Shown: one piece after another, positions 17,187 through 27,582 of the stretch | How positions within the stretch are numbered: position 1 is the first letter of the stretch | Layout: each line of letters starts with the position of its first letter | Origin: Deltaproteobacteria bacterium | GTDB lineage: Bacteria > Myxococcota > Kuafuiibacteriia > Kuafuiibacteriales > Kuafuiibacteriaceae | Reading direction: 5' to 3' | DNA length: 64,000 nucleotides | NCBI GenBank assembly: GCA_040218735.1 | Contig: JAVJQW010000055.1 | Span: 1 to 64,000 of the forward strand | Translations under genes and position numbers: made by a program | The notes under the pieces: generated by a model | The model's input: only the letters and a program-made list of their open reading frames with translations | Told to the model about the DNA's origin: nothing | The model's database searches: none

Positions 17187-19001
17187 TTACCGCGTCTCGA
17201 GGGTCGGCGCCGCAGCTTCCTTTCGGGCCGCGGGACGAGGCGCCGCGTCGAGCGCGGCGCGCACCGCGCCGAGGAGGTCCCGCGCGCTGAATGGCTTGGC
17301 GAGGAACGTCCGGCCGGGGCGCTCGAAGAAGGACTCGTCCAGGGTCTCCGGCGCGTAGCCGCTCACCACGATGAACGGGAGGTGTGGGGCGCTCGGCGCG
17401 ATGGCTTCGTGCATCCCCAGCGCGCCCATGTGCGGCATGACGACGTCGGTGACGACGAGGCGGATCGTGTCGGCGTTCTCGGTGAAGCGCTGGACGCCGT
17501 CGCGCCCGTCCCGCGCCACGACGGTGGTGTAGCCGGCACGTTCGAGCATGTGGACGAGCACGTCGCGGACGGCGTCGTCGTCGTCGACGACCAGGATCGT
17601 CTCGCCGCCGCCCCGGCTGTCGGGCCGTTCGACGAGGTCCGCGGAGATCGTTCGTTCACCGTGCGCCGCGAGGAACACGTCGAAGCGCGTCCCCACCCCC
17701 GGGGTCGACTCGACCTCGACGAACCCGCCGCACTGCTGCGCGAGCCCGTGGACGACGCTGAGCCCGAGGCCGGTGCCTTGTCCCAAGGCCTTGGTGGTGA
17801 AGAACGGATCGAAGATGCGCCGGAGGGTGTCGGGCGACATGCCGCAGCCGTCGTCGCGCACTGAAAGCAGCACGAAGTCGGCTTCGACCTCCTGGTGGGG
17901 CGCGCACCGCCGGACGTGCTCGGTGCGGATCTCGATCGTTCCGGTGTCCTCGATCGCGTCGCGCGCGTTGACGCAGAGGTTGAGGAAGATCTGCTCGACC
18001 GCCGTCGGTGGCCCCCAGACACGCGGGAGGTCGGTGCCGAGGTGTGTCTCGACGGAGATTCGCTCGGGGAGGACGCGCGAGAGGATACGCACCGACTCCG
18101 CCATGCTGTCGTCGACGTCGATCGGCGCACGGTGCTCGACGCGCTGTCGACCGAACGCGAGGAGCTGTTGGGTCAGCGCCGTGGCGCGCTCCGCCGCAGC
18201 CCCAATGTCCCGCGCGGCTTCCGCGACGTCTTCGTTTTCGGCGTCCTCGGTGATGAACTCGGCGTTGTTGAGGATGACGACGAGGAGGTTGTTGAAGTCG
18301 TGGGCGACACCGCCCGCCAGCGTGCCGAGCGCCTCGAGCTTCTGCGATTGCTCCAGCTGGACCTCGAGCTGACGTTGGTCGTGGAGCGCCGCGATGCGCT
18401 CGCCGGACTCGCGCTCGAGGGCTTCGACGAGCGCTTCGGCGTGGCGCGCAGAAGACTCCATCCGTGTGACGAGGTAGCGAACACTCGCGATCGTTCCCGC
18501 CGAGAGCGTCGCGTACACGACGAGGATGCGTACCCAGCTCGAGGGGAGCGACGGGTCGAGCGCAGGTTCGGACGGGTGCGTCTCGGTGACGACGCAGAAG
18601 GTCGCGACGCCCAACCACGCCGCGAGGGTGATGACCCAGGTCAGCCACGTTCCGCGGCTCTCCAGGAAGAGCGCCGCCCACACGCTGATCATCAGCGTCG
18701 CAACGAAGACGTTCGGGACGAGGAAGCCGGTGCGTGCCGCGCTCAGCGTGATTCCGAAGATGCAGCCCGCGACGAGGAGGATCTTTCGCGTCACCGGGGA
18801 GGCGCCGCGATGCAAGCAACCGACGGCGATCGCGACCCAAGCGGGCAGGATGAAGAAGGTCTCGACTCGGACTCCGTACGTGAGGTCCTCGGCGCCACGT
18901 GCGATCAGCGCGAGGGTGGTCGTCGCGAACGCGATCATCAGAACCGTGTCGAGGATTCGAGCTCGCCAACGCTCGATCGCACCGGACGTCCGTTCGGCCA
19001 C
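17187..19001 (-). CDS. membrane hybrid sensor histidine kinase with receiver domain
   Basis: GGVAHDFNNLL (H-box), NLCVNARDA, DDGCGM, FDPFFTTK, GTGLGLS and receiver LVVDDD...DVVMP...KP. Start estimated. Confidence 0.9.
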   Translation of the reverse strand: MAERTSGAIERWRARILDTVLMIAFATTTLALIARGAEDLTYGVRVETFFILPAWVAIAVGCLHRGASPVTRKILLVAGCIFGITLSAARTGFLVPNVFVATLMISVWAALFLESRGTWLTWVITLAAWLGVATFCVVTETHPSEPALDPSLPSSWVRILVVYATLSAGTIASVRYLVTRMESSARHAEALVEALERESGERIAALHDQRQLEVQLEQSQKLEALGTLAGGVAHDFNNLLVVILNNAEFITEDAENEDVAEAARDIGAAAERATALTQQLLAFGRQRVEHRAPIDVDDSMAESVRILSRVLPERISVETHLGTDLPRVWGPPTAVEQIFLNLCVNARDAIEDTGTIEIRTEHVRRCAPHQEVEADFVLLSVRDDGCGMSPDTLRRIFDPFFTTKALGQGTGLGLSVVHGLAQQCGGFVEVESTPGVGTRFDVFLAAHGERTISADLVERPDSRGGGETILVVDDDDAVRDVLVHMLERAGYTTVVARDGRDGVQRFTENADTIRLVVTDVVMPHMGALGMHEAIAPSAPHLPFIVVSGYAPETLDESFFERPGRTFLAKPFSARDLLGAVRAALDAAPRPAARKEAAAPTLETR

Positions 19002-19030
19002 CGGCGAGGACTCTACAACGGCTGCGCGGG

Positions 19031-20140
19031 TCAGAGCAGTATCAGGGGCCTTCGCCGCGACCGGCCGGCCCGATTCAGGAGCGCCGCCGCGATGATCCAG
19101 GCCTCCGACGACCACGACCCGGAGAACCGCTGCTGCAGCGCGCTGACGATCGCCGCGCACGCTGCGGCGGATCGGTCCGACGCGATGGCTGCCCGGCGGA
19201 TACGGTCCTCCGATTCGACGTCACCGCGCGCCGTCTCCCGGATACGTCGCGCGCAGAGCGCTGCGTCCGCTGGGCTCCGCTGGGACCACAGACAGAACGC
19301 AGCGACGTCGTCGTCCAACACACTCCGTTCGTCGAGCGCGGCCCGCACGTCTTCGACGGGGGCCTCGATCAGCAGCGCGACGGAGCGGACGATCGCGGTC
19401 CGGTCGGCGAACGCGTAGTGCCGCGCCTCGAGGTCGGCGCGGTCTCCATTCGCGGCGATGGCGGCGGGCAGGACCTCGGCGGGGAGCTCCGCCTCCCGCA
19501 CGAGGTCGGCCGCCTCGACGGGCTCTCGCTCCCCGAGCAAGAAGGCGGCCGCCAGCAGCGGGTCCTTCTTCTCCGAGCGTGCGAGGAACTTCTCCGCGTC
19601 CGCGATCGGTCTTCCGAATTCGGCCGCGGCAAGGAACACGCGGGGGTCCTCCGCGAGCGAGTGGGAGAGGAGCGCGGTCGCGTGCGCGATGGCGGTGTCG
19701 GCGTCGAGGTCCTCGTCGATCGCGAGCGCGACGGCGGCGGCCTTCGTCGGCCAAGACCCGGCGACGCCCCGCTGGATCTTGTCCGCCTTCAAGACGAGCT
19801 CGCGGAGGAAGGGCTCGACGTCGAACGCGGCGAGCCGCTCGTGCAGACGCTCGGCGCGGCGCTGTTGAACGCTCAGGGCGTCGAGTCGGGCCTGGGCTTC
19901 GTCGCGCGCGTCCGCGTTCGTCCGGCGCGCTTCGCTGAACGGATTGAGGCGGCCGAGGACACCGAGCTTCGAGGCGGAGCCCTCCGCCTCGTCGAGCGCG
20001 CGCCGCGCTTCGGTCCGCGCCTCGAAGATCGCGGCGTCGAAGAGCGCGAGGCTGCGTTCCACCTGTCGCCAGGCCGCATCCGACTCAGCGTCGTCCGCCT
20101 GGGCTTCGAGCGCATCGAGCTGCGCCGCGAAGTCGTTCAA
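19031..20140 (-). CDS. hypothetical helical protein
   Basis: Ala/Glu-rich coding-like frame filling the gap, with a TTG start overlapping the stop of the upstream gene (TTGA). Confidence 0.6.
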   Translation of the reverse strand: MNDFAAQLDALEAQADDAESDAAWRQVERSLALFDAAIFEARTEARRALDEAEGSASKLGVLGRLNPFSEARRTNADARDEAQARLDALSVQQRRAERLHERLAAFDVEPFLRELVLKADKIQRGVAGSWPTKAAAVALAIDEDLDADTAIAHATALLSHSLAEDPRVFLAAAEFGRPIADAEKFLARSEKKDPLLAAAFLLGEREPVEAADLVREAELPAEVLPAAIAANGDRADLEARHYAFADRTAIVRSVALLIEAPVEDVRAALDERSVLDDDVAAFCLWSQRSPADAALCARRIRETARGDVESEDRIRRAAIASDRSAAACAAIVSALQQRFSGSWSSEAWIIAAALLNRAGRSRRRPLILL

Positions 20141-20991
20141 CGGCGCCCTCGCTTCTCGAGATAGGCGATCAGCGCCGCAGGATCGTCGGTGATGATCCCG
20201 TCCACACCGAGGTCGAGGAGCCTCGCCCACGCGGCTTCGTCGTTCGCCGTCCACGGCACGACCCGCACGCCCGCGGCGTGCAGCGCTTCGACGTCGGCCT
20301 TCAGGATCCACTCGTGGTGCGGGGAGACGATCTCGGCGCGCAACGCCTTCGCGACGGGCACCAGCGGGACCAGCCCGTCCGGCTGCAGCATCGCGATCCG
20401 AATCTTTGGCGCCTTCGCTTTCACGGCTTCGAGCGTTCGGTAGTCGAACGACTGCACGATCGTGCGCGCGACCATGTCGTGACGCCGCACGCTCGCGACG
20501 ACCAGCTCCGCGAACTTCTTCGGCGTCGGTGTGAGCTCGGGGTGCGCGGGGAAGATCTTCGTCTCGAGGTTGAAGTGCACGCGCTTCGCGGCGCGGTGCT
20601 TCGACGCCTTCACGTGCGCGAAGACCTCGTCGAGCGTCGGGATCTTCGCGGGGGCCAGCACCTGTTTGGGGAAGCGAGGGTTCTTCAGCGAGCCACAGTC
20701 GTACGTCTTCACCTGCGCGACCGTGAGGTCGCGGATGGCGACTGGGGTCGCCAGGGCGACGCCCTTGGGACCGAGGCACCGCTCGGGGGTGAGGTGCGGG
20801 TCGTGCGAAACCACGACGACGTCGTCCTTCGTCACCGCCAGATCCAGCTCCAGCGTGTCCACACCGACCCCGAGCGCGTACGCAAACGCCGCGAGGGTGT
20901 TCTCCGGACGAACGGCGCGGGCGCCACGGTGCCCCTGCACCTCGATGGGGGTCGCGGTCACCAGCACGGTGAGGAGTCCAATCGCCGACAT
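20137..20991 (-). CDS. secreted glycerophosphodiester phosphodiesterase
   Basis: VQGHRGARAVRPENTL, ELD, SHD, NLETK, QSFD, PWTAND and GIITD, preceded by an N-terminal hydrophobic signal. Confidence 0.92.
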   Translation of the reverse strand: MSAIGLLTVLVTATPIEVQGHRGARAVRPENTLAAFAYALGVGVDTLELDLAVTKDDVVVVSHDPHLTPERCLGPKGVALATPVAIRDLTVAQVKTYDCGSLKNPRFPKQVLAPAKIPTLDEVFAHVKASKHRAAKRVHFNLETKIFPAHPELTPTPKKFAELVVASVRRHDMVARTIVQSFDYRTLEAVKAKAPKIRIAMLQPDGLVPLVPVAKALRAEIVSPHHEWILKADVEALHAAGVRVVPWTANDEAAWARLLDLGVDGIITDDPAALIAYLEKRGRR

Positions 20992-21074
20992 CGCGCCCCG
21001 CTCATACCGCAGCCGGCCCCTCGCGCGCATCGTATGGATGCGGTCGAGACGGGGGTGGTAGATTGTCGGACGTC

Positions 21075-23714
21075 ATGAAGCGGCGATCCCTCGTTGTGCT
21101 CCTCGCACTCGCGGCGTTCGGCTGCAAGGAGAGCATGCCGTCCGCGACGCAGACCGGCCTGCGCCTGACGGTCGAGTACGAATCCACGCTCGGCGTCGAC
21201 ACCTTCTCGGTGCTGATCGTCGACGAGGCCGGGACGCCGATGGAGGAGCCGATCGGCGTGCCTGCTCCCATCTTCCTCGAGCCGCCCGGCCTGCGCGTCG
21301 CCGCGGTCGTCGTCGAGACCCCCGGCGTGGAAGGCGCCGTCGGCCTGCGCGTCGACGGGCTCGCGGACGAGCGCGTCGTGGGCTCCGGCTGGGCGGAGGC
21401 GACCATCGAGCCGGCCAAGCTCGCCGACGCGACGGTTCGGCTCGGCGCACCCAACGCCTGCGGCGACGGTCGCGTCCACGCGACGCTCGAGCGCTGCGAC
21501 GACGGCAACGTCGAGGTCGGCGACGGGTGCAGCGACCTGTGCCTCCCCGAGTCGGGGTTCGTGTGTACGGGGGCGCCGTCCATCTGCGTCGAGTGCGGCA
21601 ACGGCGTCGTCGAGCAGGGCGAGACTTGCGACGACGGGAACCGAACCAACGGCGACGGCTGCAACACGGCTTGCGAGCTGGAACCCAACGACACCATCCA
21701 CGTCTACGAGCAGTCGTGTGTCGACCCGTTCCGGTCGGAGCAAGAAGGCTTCGTCGGCGTCACGGACTGCACCCTCGCGTTCACGCCCGGCGCACCCGAC
21801 GAGTCCTGGCTGGTGTTCGTCAGCGGCTCGGTCGGTTCGGATCTCGACGCCGAGCTCGCGGCGGAGGTGCGGGTCCTCCACGGCGACATCGAGCGCGATC
21901 ACTTCGGGCACCAGACGCTCCAGACCGCAGACCGCGTCGCGGGGTTCATGACGTTCTTCGTGGTGCGCGGTGAAGACGAGCAGCGCGTGACGATCGAGCT
22001 GGACGCCAAGGGCGCCCCCGCGATGGTGCGCGACGTACGTCTCGTCGCGGCGCGGGTGCCGGCGGACGCCGACCTGCACGAGGTCGACGTGTCCGAGATG
22101 GTGGAGCGTACGGGCGAACGGATGACGTTGGCTTCACTCGAGATGTCGACGTCCGAGGAGGGCGAGTACGTGTTCCTCGCGAAGGCCAACGCTTCGGAGG
22201 GCCCGGGGGACGACACGGTGCGGACCTGGGTCACCGGGCCGGACGGGGAGGCGCGGCCGAACATCAACGGTGTCGGCTGGACGAACGGTCGCAGCCCGAA
22301 CGCGCCGATGTTCATGGCGTTCACGTCGCCGGTGCTGGGCGACGCCAAGGTGTCGATCGAAGGCACCAGCAGCGGCGCGGGTGAGGTCGACGGTTGGTGG
22401 AACCGGAGCTACCGGTACCGCCGCCCGGTGCAGGCGGACTGGGTCGACGTCCCCGCGGGCGCGCCCACGCAGCTCGTCTTCTCCCACGCGGCGATGGTGC
22501 AGGCGGGGCGTTCGCAGCCCGACGGCGACGACGTCCGGCTCATTGCGACGCTCGGCCAACGGCAGATCGAGCTGCCGCGAGTGTTGGATCCGCAGTCGAG
22601 CTGGGACGCCGACGCGACGCACCTGTGGTTCGGTTACCGCCAGCTCCTCGCGGAGGGCGCCGTGGTGCACCTGTACTTCGGCAACGCCGACGCCGGGTCA
22701 CCGGGGAACCAGCCCTCGGATGTCTTCACGTACTACGACGGGGGCAACAGCCTCGACGGTTGGGTCGAGGAGAACGGCATGGCGAACGACGAAGGCAACG
22801 GGCGCATCCGTGTGCCGTCGCAGACGCGCGTGCGTTCGACGCAGTCGTTCGATCTGACGGCGGCGCCGCTGCTCTTCGAAGCGCGCCTCCGTTTCATCGA
22901 CCCGCCTCAGACCGGCAACGCGCTGTACTGGGGCATCGCGGGTGCGGAGCAGCTCGGCTCACCCGCCGGGTTCGCGGTGGCCGATGGTGTCCACGCGATC
23001 GTCGACGGGCTCAACCAGCGCCAGACCTGGGAGCCCGCCGCGGTGGATCAGTTCCAGCGCTACCTCCTCGCCTACGGGGGGGCGGGCACCTCCTACTACG
23101 CGCAGAACGAGGACTACGTCGGTGAGCTGACGTCGCCCGTGCAGCTCGCGCAGACCGCGTACCTCAACGTCGAGAACCAGACCAACCAGGACATCTTGAT
23201 CGACTGGGTGCGTGTCTACCCGGCGACGGAGCCTCGGTTTGCGACGCTCGCGGCGGTGGAAGGGCACACCGGGCTGTCCCCCTCCACGTGGTCGAACCTC
23301 CGCATCGTCGCGTTCCGGACCGACGCGTTCGAGCGCGTTCAGTCCGCGGCGAACCCGGAGCTGTCGACGACTACCTCGACGTTCACACAAGTCGTCACCG
23401 AGATCGAAACCGAAGCTCCGGGGCGTCGCGCGGAGTACCTCGTGTTGCAATCGGCGCGCATCGGCGGCGACTCGTCGGAAACCGCAGGCAAGAGCGGCGT
23501 GCTCCTCGCGGACGGAGACACGATCCTTCGTACAGACCATGTCATCAACCGCTCCGACGACGCCGATGGTGGCTATCACCACGTGGCGGGGGCGGCGTAT
23601 CGGCGTGAGACCGACGCGCCGATGCGCCTCGCGAACGGTGTGGCGTCGCCGGACGGCGCGCGTGTGTCGATCGCGGCGTCGAACATCCTCGTTCTGCGCT
23701 ACGCTCCGCGCTGA
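21075..23714 (+). CDS. lipoprotein with Myxococcus Cys-rich repeats (DUF4215) and a DUF2341-like module
   Basis: Lipobox AAFGC, two CGxG...ExCDDGN...GDGC repeats, and WWNRSYRYRRPV...DGDDVR...LWF...LYFGN. Confidence 0.8.
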   Translation: MKRRSLVVLLALAAFGCKESMPSATQTGLRLTVEYESTLGVDTFSVLIVDEAGTPMEEPIGVPAPIFLEPPGLRVAAVVVETPGVEGAVGLRVDGLADERVVGSGWAEATIEPAKLADATVRLGAPNACGDGRVHATLERCDDGNVEVGDGCSDLCLPESGFVCTGAPSICVECGNGVVEQGETCDDGNRTNGDGCNTACELEPNDTIHVYEQSCVDPFRSEQEGFVGVTDCTLAFTPGAPDESWLVFVSGSVGSDLDAELAAEVRVLHGDIERDHFGHQTLQTADRVAGFMTFFVVRGEDEQRVTIELDAKGAPAMVRDVRLVAARVPADADLHEVDVSEMVERTGERMTLASLEMSTSEEGEYVFLAKANASEGPGDDTVRTWVTGPDGEARPNINGVGWTNGRSPNAPMFMAFTSPVLGDAKVSIEGTSSGAGEVDGWWNRSYRYRRPVQADWVDVPAGAPTQLVFSHAAMVQAGRSQPDGDDVRLIATLGQRQIELPRVLDPQSSWDADATHLWFGYRQLLAEGAVVHLYFGNADAGSPGNQPSDVFTYYDGGNSLDGWVEENGMANDEGNGRIRVPSQTRVRSTQSFDLTAAPLLFEARLRFIDPPQTGNALYWGIAGAEQLGSPAGFAVADGVHAIVDGLNQRQTWEPAAVDQFQRYLLAYGGAGTSYYAQNEDYVGELTSPVQLAQTAYLNVENQTNQDILIDWVRVYPATEPRFATLAAVEGHTGLSPSTWSNLRIVAFRTDAFERVQSAANPELSTTTSTFTQVVTEIETEAPGRRAEYLVLQSARIGGDSSETAGKSGVLLADGDTILRTDHVINRSDDADGGYHHVAGAAYRRETDAPMRLANGVASPDGARVSIAASNILVLRYAPR

Positions 23715-23716
23715 GC

Positions 23717-24793
23717 ATGAACGTCGAGCAGCTGAACCAACTCCTGGAGATGGGCTTCAAGAGCGGAGCCTCCGACGTGCACCTGAAGGCCGGCACGCCG
23801 CCCGCGTTTCGCATCAACGGGAAGCTCCAGTACCTACAGGCGGATCGGCTGACGCCGACGGCCGCTCGGCAGGTCTGCTTGCACCTGATGCGCGACCCGA
23901 AGCACCGCGACAACATCGACGAGATCCAGGAGCTCGACACGTCGTACTCCCTCGCGGGCATTGGTCGGTTCCGCGTGAACATCTACCGGCAGCGCGGGTC
24001 GCTCTCGGCGATCCTCCGCATCATCCCGAGCGACGTCCCCAACCTCGAGCAGCTCGGCCTCCCGCCCCAGACCGTCCAGCTCGCCAACGAAGAGCGCGGG
24101 ATGATCCTCGTGACCGGTGCGTCGGGCTCGGGCAAGAGCACGACGCTCGCGTCGCTCGTCCACCACATCAACCACACCCGCAACACACACATCGTGACGG
24201 TCGAGGATCCGATCGAGTACCTGCACAAGAACGCGCAGTCCTCGATCAGCCAGCGTGAGATCGGGATCGACACCGCGAACTATCACGTCGCGTTGCGCGC
24301 GGCGCTCCGGCAGGACCCGGACGTGATCGTCGTCGGCGAGATTCGCGACCAAGAGGCCGTCGACATCGCGCTGAAGGCCTCCGAGACGGGGCACGTGGTG
24401 TTCTCGACGATCCACACCACCGATGCCCCGAAGACGATCGGCCGCCTGCTGTCCATGTTCCCGTCCAACGAAGAGGACTCGGTGCGGATGCGTCTCGCCG
24501 AGAATCTCCGCGGGACGATCAGCCAGCGGCTCCTCCCGCGCGCGGACGGGCGGGGGCGCATCGTGGCGGTCGAGCTGATGTTCGTGACGAAGACGGTGCA
24601 GCAGTACATCCGCGATCCGGCGCGGACGGCGGGGCTGCGCGAGGTGCTCGAGAAGGGGCGCACGCAGTACGGGATGCAGACGTTCGACCAGCACCTGATC
24701 GAGCTCCACCGCTCCGGGTACATCACGATCGAGGTCGCGATGAGCGCTGCGTCCAACCCGTCCGACTTCGAGCGCTCGCTCCACTTCAGCTGA
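23717..24793 (+). CDS. pilT: type IV pilus retraction ATPase (PilT/PilU family)
   Basis: ASDVHL, GRFRVN, GASGSGKST, VEDPIE, ALRQDPDVIVVGEIRD, ETGH..STIHT and GMQTFDQ. Confidence 0.92.
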   Translation: MNVEQLNQLLEMGFKSGASDVHLKAGTPPAFRINGKLQYLQADRLTPTAARQVCLHLMRDPKHRDNIDEIQELDTSYSLAGIGRFRVNIYRQRGSLSAILRIIPSDVPNLEQLGLPPQTVQLANEERGMILVTGASGSGKSTTLASLVHHINHTRNTHIVTVEDPIEYLHKNAQSSISQREIGIDTANYHVALRAALRQDPDVIVVGEIRDQEAVDIALKASETGHVVFSTIHTTDAPKTIGRLLSMFPSNEEDSVRMRLAENLRGTISQRLLPRADGRGRIVAVELMFVTKTVQQYIRDPARTAGLREVLEKGRTQYGMQTFDQHLIELHRSGYITIEVAMSAASNPSDFERSLHFS

Positions 24794-24797
24794 AAGG

Positions 24798-24851
24798 GAG
24801 ACGCCCCCCGACCCGCACGCAGGGGTCGAAGGGCGCCTCGGTTTTTCTGTT
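24798..24851 (+). terminator. probable intrinsic terminator
   Basis: Imperfect stem GAG.CGCCC..CGACCC / GGGTCG..GGGCG.CTC followed by GGTTTTTCTGTT, just after the pilT stop. Confidence 0.5.
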
Positions 24852-24869
24852 GGGGGCGAACGTTTCTGG

Positions 24870-25862
24870 TTACGGCTGCACGCGCGGGAGGCGACGGTTC
24901 GCCGACACCGAGCTGTCCGTGGACCAGGTGTAGTAGCGGTCGAGGACCTGGTAGGTGCAGACACCTTCGAAGCGCTTGCCGTCGTAGTTGCAGGCCATCG
25001 CGTGCAGGTTCTTCTCGGTGTTCTCGAACATGAAGCCGGACACGGCGTGGGGCTCGCCCTCGGCGGGGAGCACGCGCTCACCGTCGAAGTAGAGCATCCG
25101 CGCGGCGGAGTCGTACTGGTAGCTCACGACGACCTCGTCGACCTGCTGCGACTCGGCGCTGTCGATGTTGTGGAAGTAGGGATCGGTGCCGATGCCCTGC
25201 GGGTTCAGGCAACCCTCGAGGCACGCGAGCGACGCGGGGCCTTCGTCCTCGCCGACGGCGCGCGGGAAGTACGTGTCGATGCGTGCCTCGCGACGCGCGT
25301 CGCACGCGAAGCGGCCGTCGACGTCGGCGCGGCAGTCGTGCAGCTCGACGATGCCGAGCAGATCCGACCACAGGGAGATGGGGCGCTCGCGGCGCTCGAG
25401 CGCGACGTAGTCCTCACCGGACTCGCGCACCCAGGTGCCGTCGCGATCGTTCCAGCGCGCCCAGCGTACGAGGCGGCCTTCGTCGAAGTGAACCTGGAGG
25501 ACGTGGACCTCGTCGCCGCGGACCTCTTCGTAGAGCATCGGCATGAACTCGATCTGCGAGACCTGCAGCGCGCTGTGGTTCCACTCGGTGAGCACGGGGC
25601 CGGAGCGCTGCGCGGACGAGGACACCGGGTTCAGGTTCACCGGCGGCAGGCTGTGGCGGAGCGTCTGGACGTTCGTCAACCGAACTTGCGTCAACGCCGG
25701 GTGGCCCTGGATCTCGCTGACGTCGAGCTGCGGATCCAGAATGTTGTAGGAGAGCACCGGGTCTGGATCGGCGCCCGTGTTGATCTCCGCGCGGCCGCAC
25801 GCGAAGGACAACGCGGCGCCGGCCATCGCGGCGGTCATCGTGAGCTGGGTCTTCAGGGTCAT
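24870..25862 (-). CDS. hypothetical lipoprotein
   Basis: Signal peptide ending LSFAC, several paired Cys residues, and a GGAGG upstream. Confidence 0.75.
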   Translation of the reverse strand: MTLKTQLTMTAAMAGAALSFACGRAEINTGADPDPVLSYNILDPQLDVSEIQGHPALTQVRLTNVQTLRHSLPPVNLNPVSSSAQRSGPVLTEWNHSALQVSQIEFMPMLYEEVRGDEVHVLQVHFDEGRLVRWARWNDRDGTWVRESGEDYVALERRERPISLWSDLLGIVELHDCRADVDGRFACDARREARIDTYFPRAVGEDEGPASLACLEGCLNPQGIGTDPYFHNIDSAESQQVDEVVVSYQYDSAARMLYFDGERVLPAEGEPHAVSGFMFENTEKNLHAMACNYDGKRFEGVCTYQVLDRYYTWSTDSSVSANRRLPRVQP

Positions 25863-26067
25863 GGGTCTCGTAGCCTCCTGTGCTCAACATTCGACGGGGG
25901 CTCGGATTGCTGAATCGCGTTTGCTGTGAACAGCCGTGAAAGGCGGCCGCACGTCCCGATTCGCTTCAATGGAAGTGCGGGCGTGTCAGGCTGTGACGGT
26001 CGGTGCACGAACGCGAGACACCGGTGTCTCGAACGCCGCGCGCCCGTGTCTCGGTCCTTGGCAGGGG

Positions 26068-26784
26068 TCAGTGTCGGTGGAGTGCGGGGTCTACGGGGAT
26101 GCTGTTGCCCAACGCCATCTCTTCGAGGGTGAGCTGACACCTGCGCGCAACGAGTCGTACCCCGGCGCGCGCGGCGTCGGCGAGCGCGTCCGCGAAGTCA
26201 CGATCGATGTGGCGCGCGGCCATGACCTTTTCGGCGTCGATGCGCTGCACGAGGAACAGCGCTGTCGCGCCCCAGCCCGGTTGTTGAGCGATGTCGGCGA
26301 GCTCGCGCAGGTGTTTGACGGCGCGATCGGAGGGGGCGTCGGGGAACATCGCGATGCCCTGCTTCACCAGGGTCACGCCCTTCACCTCGAGCGCCATCTG
26401 CTCGCCGGAGACCGTCTCGAGGAGGAAGTCGAAGCGCGAGCGGCCGACCGTGGCTTCACGTTTGACGAGGGTCCAGCCGTCGATCTCCTCGAGCTCGTCC
26501 GCGGCGATCGCGGCGGCGACCAGCTCGTTCGGGAGGCGGGTGTCGACGGAGACGAGGACGTTGCTCTGTACGTCTTGCGCGACGACGGCCGTCCATTGCG
26601 TTTTTCGGGACGGATCGTTGACCTGCCGGAGCCAAATTCGCGCGTTTTCGACGAGAAGGTCGACGAGCCGCCCCGGATCTGGAAGATGGGCGAGGACGAT
26701 CTCGCCCGTCAGGTCGAGGCGCACGCGGAGCGTGAACTGATTGGGGCGCTGCAGATAGCGGCCGGGCTGCAGAGGCCCCGGCAT
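26068..26784 (-). CDS. sfsA: sugar fermentation stimulation protein / DNA-RNA nuclease SfsA
   Basis: RPNQF, AHLPDPGRL, SRFDFLL, EVKGVTL, FPDAPSDRAVKHLREL and LFLVQR. Start estimated. Confidence 0.9.
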   Translation of the reverse strand: MPGPLQPGRYLQRPNQFTLRVRLDLTGEIVLAHLPDPGRLVDLLVENARIWLRQVNDPSRKTQWTAVVAQDVQSNVLVSVDTRLPNELVAAAIAADELEEIDGWTLVKREATVGRSRFDFLLETVSGEQMALEVKGVTLVKQGIAMFPDAPSDRAVKHLRELADIAQQPGWGATALFLVQRIDAEKVMAARHIDRDFADALADAARAGVRLVARRCQLTLEEMALGNSIPVDPALHRH

Positions 26785-26853
26785 GGGAATGCTGACCGTC
26801 ACGACGTGACCGCGTAACGAAAACCACGGTTTCGACGTTTGGGGAAGACAAGG

Positions 26854-27582
26854 GTGACCGAGAAGTCTGAAGGAAATCCGCCGATGGTGCGGCTCGACTA
26901 CGAACGAATTTCGCCGGACGCGATGCGCGAACGTGCGCAGTCTTTTCTCGACGAGGTGTCCACGCGTCGCTCCGTTCGCGAGTTCTCGTCGGATCCGATC
27001 CCCGAAGGTGTGATCGAGACGTGCATCGCCGCGGCCGCGCAGGCGCCCTCCGGCGCGAACAAACAACCGTGGACGTTCGCCCTCGTTACGGACCCCGCGA
27101 CGAAGAAGAAGATCCGCGAGGCCGCCGAGAAGGAGGAGCGCGCTTTCTACGGCGGACGCGCGCCCGATCGGTGGCTACAGGATCTCGAGCCCTTCGGCAC
27201 CGGGCCCAACAAACCGTTCCTCGAGATCGCCCCCGCGCTGATTGTCGTGTTCGCGCAGCGCTCGGGCTCGACCAAGGACGAGCGGCACTACTACGTCGCC
27301 GAGTCGGTCGGCATCGCGGTCGGTTTCCTCCTTGCCGCACTGCATCGTGCCGGGCTGGTCGCGCTCACGCACACGCCGAGCCCGATGAGCTTCCTGGCCG
27401 AGATCCTCGGGCGTCCGGCCTCGGAGCGCGCCTATCTGTTGATTCCCGTCGGCTTCCCCGAGCCGGACTGCGAGGTGCCGGACATCGAACGCAAGTCGTT
27501 GGAGGAAGTCCTCATACGGACCGACGCGCCGACGTCGGGTCATGTAGTATCTTCGAAGGATGCTGAGGACGAAGGACGGTAG
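26854..27582 (+). CDS. nitroreductase-family protein, iodotyrosine deiodinase-like
   Basis: RRSVREFS, APSGANKQPWTF, IREAAEKEERAFY, KPFLE, HYYVAESVGIA and LTHTPSPM match the IYD branch. Confidence 0.85.
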   Translation: MTEKSEGNPPMVRLDYERISPDAMRERAQSFLDEVSTRRSVREFSSDPIPEGVIETCIAAAAQAPSGANKQPWTFALVTDPATKKKIREAAEKEERAFYGGRAPDRWLQDLEPFGTGPNKPFLEIAPALIVVFAQRSGSTKDERHYYVAESVGIAVGFLLAALHRAGLVALTHTPSPMSFLAEILGRPASERAYLLIPVGFPEPDCEVPDIERKSLEEVLIRTDAPTSGHVVSSKDAEDEGR

